Assembly: GCA_947565475.1 (NCBI GenBank)
Contig: CANOGI010000001.1
Coordinates: forward strand, 1-40,092
Origin: an uncultured Eubacteriaceae bacterium
Lineage (GTDB): Bacteria; Bacillota; Clostridia; Lachnospirales; CAG-274
DNA length: 40,092 bases
Direction: 5' to 3'
The position numbers were made by a program, and so were the translations under genes. The notes under the pieces were generated by a model. That model made no database searches. It saw only the letters and a list, made by a program, of their open reading frames with translations, and was not told the origin of the DNA. The stretch's first letter is position 1. Every line of letters begins with the position of its first letter. Positions 38,300 to 40,092 of the stretch are shown here, piece by piece.

Positions 38300-38583
38300 T
38301 GTGGAAAAGATGAAAATATTCAAAAGTAATGAATAAAGTTATCAACAAGAGGAATATAATTAAAACAAGCTCTAAAGGCTTATCAACAAAGTTATCAACT
38401 TTTCCACAGTGAATAATTTATGAATATTGATTTTTTTTGTGAGAAACCCTGTTTATAAGTAATTTTATTGGAAAAAACACAATATATTGTGGGTCTTATA
38501 ACAGAGTTTGCGGATATATAGTTAATTATACGGAAAAATGACTGTGGAAAAGGTATATGTTATCAACAAAAAAATGTGGATAA
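38300..38583. promoter_or_regulatory. DnaA-box cluster (8 boxes in 284 bp)
   Basis: TGTGGAAAA 38300-38308; TTATCAACA 38339-38347; TTATCAACA 38380-38388; TTATCAACT 38392-38400; TTTTCCACA 38400-38408; TGTGGAAAA 38543-38551; TTATCAACA 38560-38568; TGTGGATAA 38575-38583 (perfect). Consensus is TTATCCACA / TGTGGATAA. Confidence 0.7.
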
Positions 38584-38598
38584 CTTATTTACTTATGC

Positions 38599-38903
38599 TA
38601 TAGTCAAACTATTTGAAAATAAATAGAATGTGGAGATATTAAAATTATTTTCGCGAGGCAGTGGAATAAGAGTATAGTTTAATGCCTATGCCGACTGACG
38701 TTAATGTGGTAAAAAGGATTTTAAAGTGAACAAATTTTAAAGGAAGCGAAAAGGTTATTTTACTTGCACGGCCCGCAAATTGCTGTATAATTAGCTTACC
38801 GACTAACAGCACTTGCGTGCCCGTAAAATATTTTTTCGCACTTTTTAAGCTTGCTCGCTTTAAAACACCGAACTTGTTTATTTTTCAAGCGGTTTGATTA
38901 TAT
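38599..38903 (+). repeat. R-B family element with nested R-C (305 bp)
   Basis: Left end TATAGTCAAACTATTTGAAAATAAATAG, right end CTTGTTTATTTTTCAAGCGGTTTGATTATA (inverted repeats). The core matches 12520-12600. R-C occupies 38726-38858. Confidence 0.75.
38726..38858 (-). repeat. R-C family copy, inverted relative to 12741-12872
   Basis: GTGAACAAATTTTAAAGGAAGCGAAAAGGTTATTTTACTTGCACGGCCCGCAAATTGCTG...GCACTTGCGTGCCCGTAAAATATTTTTTCGCACTTTTTAAGCTTGCTCGC aligns end to end with the reverse complement of 12741-12872. Confidence 0.75.
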
Positions 38904-38915
38904 ATAACATTAAGA

Positions 38916-38968
38916 TAAAAAACACCCGCGAACAAAATTTTTATAAAATATGTTCGCGGGTGTTTTTT
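38916..38968 (-). terminator. bidirectional rho-independent terminator downstream of ftsH
   Basis: AAAAAACACCCGCGAACA (38916-38933), 17-nt loop, TGTTCGCGGGTGTTTTTT (38951-38968). GC-rich 12-bp stem with an A-tract and T-tract on either side. Confidence 0.8.
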
Positions 38969-39016
38969 ATTTATATGAAGCGTAAAAAGTAGTCAAATCC
39001 TTTTGTGAAGAGAGGA

Positions 39017-40092
39017 TTATATCTCAATATCAATGTTTTTTGTTTTCTCATCTGTGTTTTCTTCAGTTTTGGAAGATGTATCAAATAGTAAATTCTCGGG
39101 TTCTTCCACAACACTGTCAGGGTCCAAAATTTTTCTGAATTCCGCTCCTGTGATTTTTTCTTTCTCAATAAGGAGAGCTGCCGTTTTATGAAGAACGTCG
39201 ATATTTTCGTTTAAGATTTTAATGGCTTCGTCATAGGCTGTTTTTATTATTGTGTCAATTTCATCATCGATTATTGAGGCTATTCCCTCGCCGTAATTTC
39301 TCGCGTGTCCAATGTCTTTTCCAAGGAAAACCTCATTATTCTCGTCTCCAAACTGTATGGGCCCTAATTTCTCACTCATACCGTAACGCATTACCATTTT
39401 TCTGGCGAGGTCTGAAGCTCTTTGAATGTCGTTTGACGCTCCTGTGGTGATATCTTTTATTATAATTTCTTCCGCCGCTCTTCCTCCGAAAAGAGAAATA
39501 ATTTCTTGAGTCATCTGAAGTTTTGAGCGATAAGCTTTATCGTCGGAGGGCAGGGGCATAGTATATCCGCCTGCCATACCTGTTGGAATAATGGAAATTA
39601 TATGAACAGGGTCAAGCTCTGACAAAACCTCAAACAAGATAGCGTGACCCGCCTCGTGGTAAGCTGTGATTTTCTTTTCTTTCTCGCTTATGACACGGCT
39701 TTTCTTTTCCGTACCTATTCCAACTTTTACAAAAGCTTTTCTGAGGTCAGCCATATCAAGCTCTTTTTTATCAAATCTCGCCGCCAGAAGAGCCGCTTCA
39801 TTTAAAAGATTTTCAAGGTCAGCTCCCGTAAAGCCAGGAGTTGTCTGAGCTATAACTTTCATATCAACTTCTTTGCTTATTTTTTTGCCTTTAGCGTGTA
39901 CTTTTAATATTTCCTCACGTCCCTTTACGTCAGGAGTGCCGACAACGACACGTCTGTCGAAGCGTCCTGGTCTTAAAAGAGCGGGATCCAAAATATCAGG
40001 GCGATTTGTAGCAGCGAGAACTATCACGCCCTCGTTCACGCCGAAACCGTCCATTTCAACCAATAATTGGTTTAATGTTTGCTCTCTTTCAT
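39017..40092 (-). CDS. ftsH: ATP-dependent zinc metalloprotease FtsH (3' part; N-terminal TM and most of the AAA region outside window)
   Basis: The frame is open to the window edge ([17 protein letters not shown]...). Second region of homology PGRFDRRV. Zn-binding HEAGHAI. C-terminal acidic tail. The ORF-track start at 40063 is an internal Leu codon. Confidence 0.95.
   Translation of the reverse strand, partial: EREQTLNQLLVEMDGFGVNEGVIVLAATNRPDILDPALLRPGRFDRRVVVGTPDVKGREEILKVHAKGKKISKEVDMKVIAQTTPGFTGADLENLLNEAALLAARFDKKELDMADLRKAFVKVGIGTEKKSRVISEKEKKITAYHEAGHAILFEVLSELDPVHIISIIPTGMAGGYTMPLPSDDKAYRSKLQMTQEIISLFGGRAAEEIIIKDITTGASNDIQRASDLARKMVMRYGMSEKLGPIQFGDENNEVFLGKDIGHARNYGEGIASIIDDEIDTIIKTAYDEAIKILNENIDVLHKTAALLIEKEKITGAEFRKILDPDSVVEEPENLLFDTSSKTEENTDEKTKNIDIEI

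Noticed and set aside
37842-38300. Expected T-box or other leader riboswitch upstream of proS
   Set aside because: I searched the minus strand for the T-box core (GGTGGTACCGCG; CGCGGTACCACC on the plus strand) and found nothing. The leader is largely occupied by the R-H/R-A repeat composite.
38300-38583. Interpreting the DnaA-box cluster as the primary chromosomal oriC
   Set aside because: Not adopted as the main call. No dnaA/dnaN/rpmH is nearby, and rpoBC and ftsH would both be head-on to forks from this site, which is atypical for Firmicutes. It cannot be excluded without the whole-genome GC skew, so it is kept as one alternative in the finding.
1-40092. Search for defence systems, toxin-antitoxin pairs, prophage or transposase genes, tRNA or rRNA
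   Set aside because: No ORF shows nuclease, integrase, transposase or cas motifs that I recognise, and no tRNA-like cloverleaf or rRNA segments were noticed. The repeat families appear non-autonomous within this window.

Overview
AT-rich Firmicutes/Clostridia-type chromosomal segment. Genes, left to right:
- 1-12.4 kb (+): a truncated hypothetical gene, a 775-aa protein with a cNMP-binding-like N-terminus, then a cell-wall polysaccharide operon (two GT4 glycosyltransferases, DUF4330-like protein, membrane protein, O-antigen-ligase-like polymerase, pyruvyl transferase CsaB, small anchored protein, WecB/TagA/CpsF glycosyltransferase, YitT-family protein).
- 13.3-20.2 kb: an orphan MsmX/UgpC-type sugar ABC ATPase, two tandem secreted proteins with a copper-amine-oxidase N-terminal ('stalk') domain, proC, and a convergent SLH + GH18-like wall protein.
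- 20.9-28.4 kb: rpoB-rpoC, with no ribosomal-protein neighbours.
- 28.6-36.4 kb (-): seven secreted proteins or lipoproteins, mostly stalk-domain paralogs sharing a C-terminal helical module.
- 36.4-40.1 kb (-): proS, a 1.17-kb gene-free gap, and 5'-truncated ftsH.

No rRNA, tRNA, CRISPR, transposase, prophage or recognisable defence genes were seen. Three signals are not explained by genes:
1. About 5 kb of intergenic DNA is a mosaic of at least six families of structured, MITE-like repeats inserted into one another up to three levels deep. One is a ~150-nt four-hairpin element with compensatory stem changes, which supplies terminator hairpins to several genes including rpoC.
2. A cluster of eight DnaA boxes lies between proS and ftsH, bracketed by repeats, with no dnaA in the window.
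3. A conserved C-terminal module (helix ending A-x-[KER]-N-x-[IL]-x-[IVL]) is shared by about eight secreted proteins.

All family assignments come from motif recognition by eye. No database search was run.
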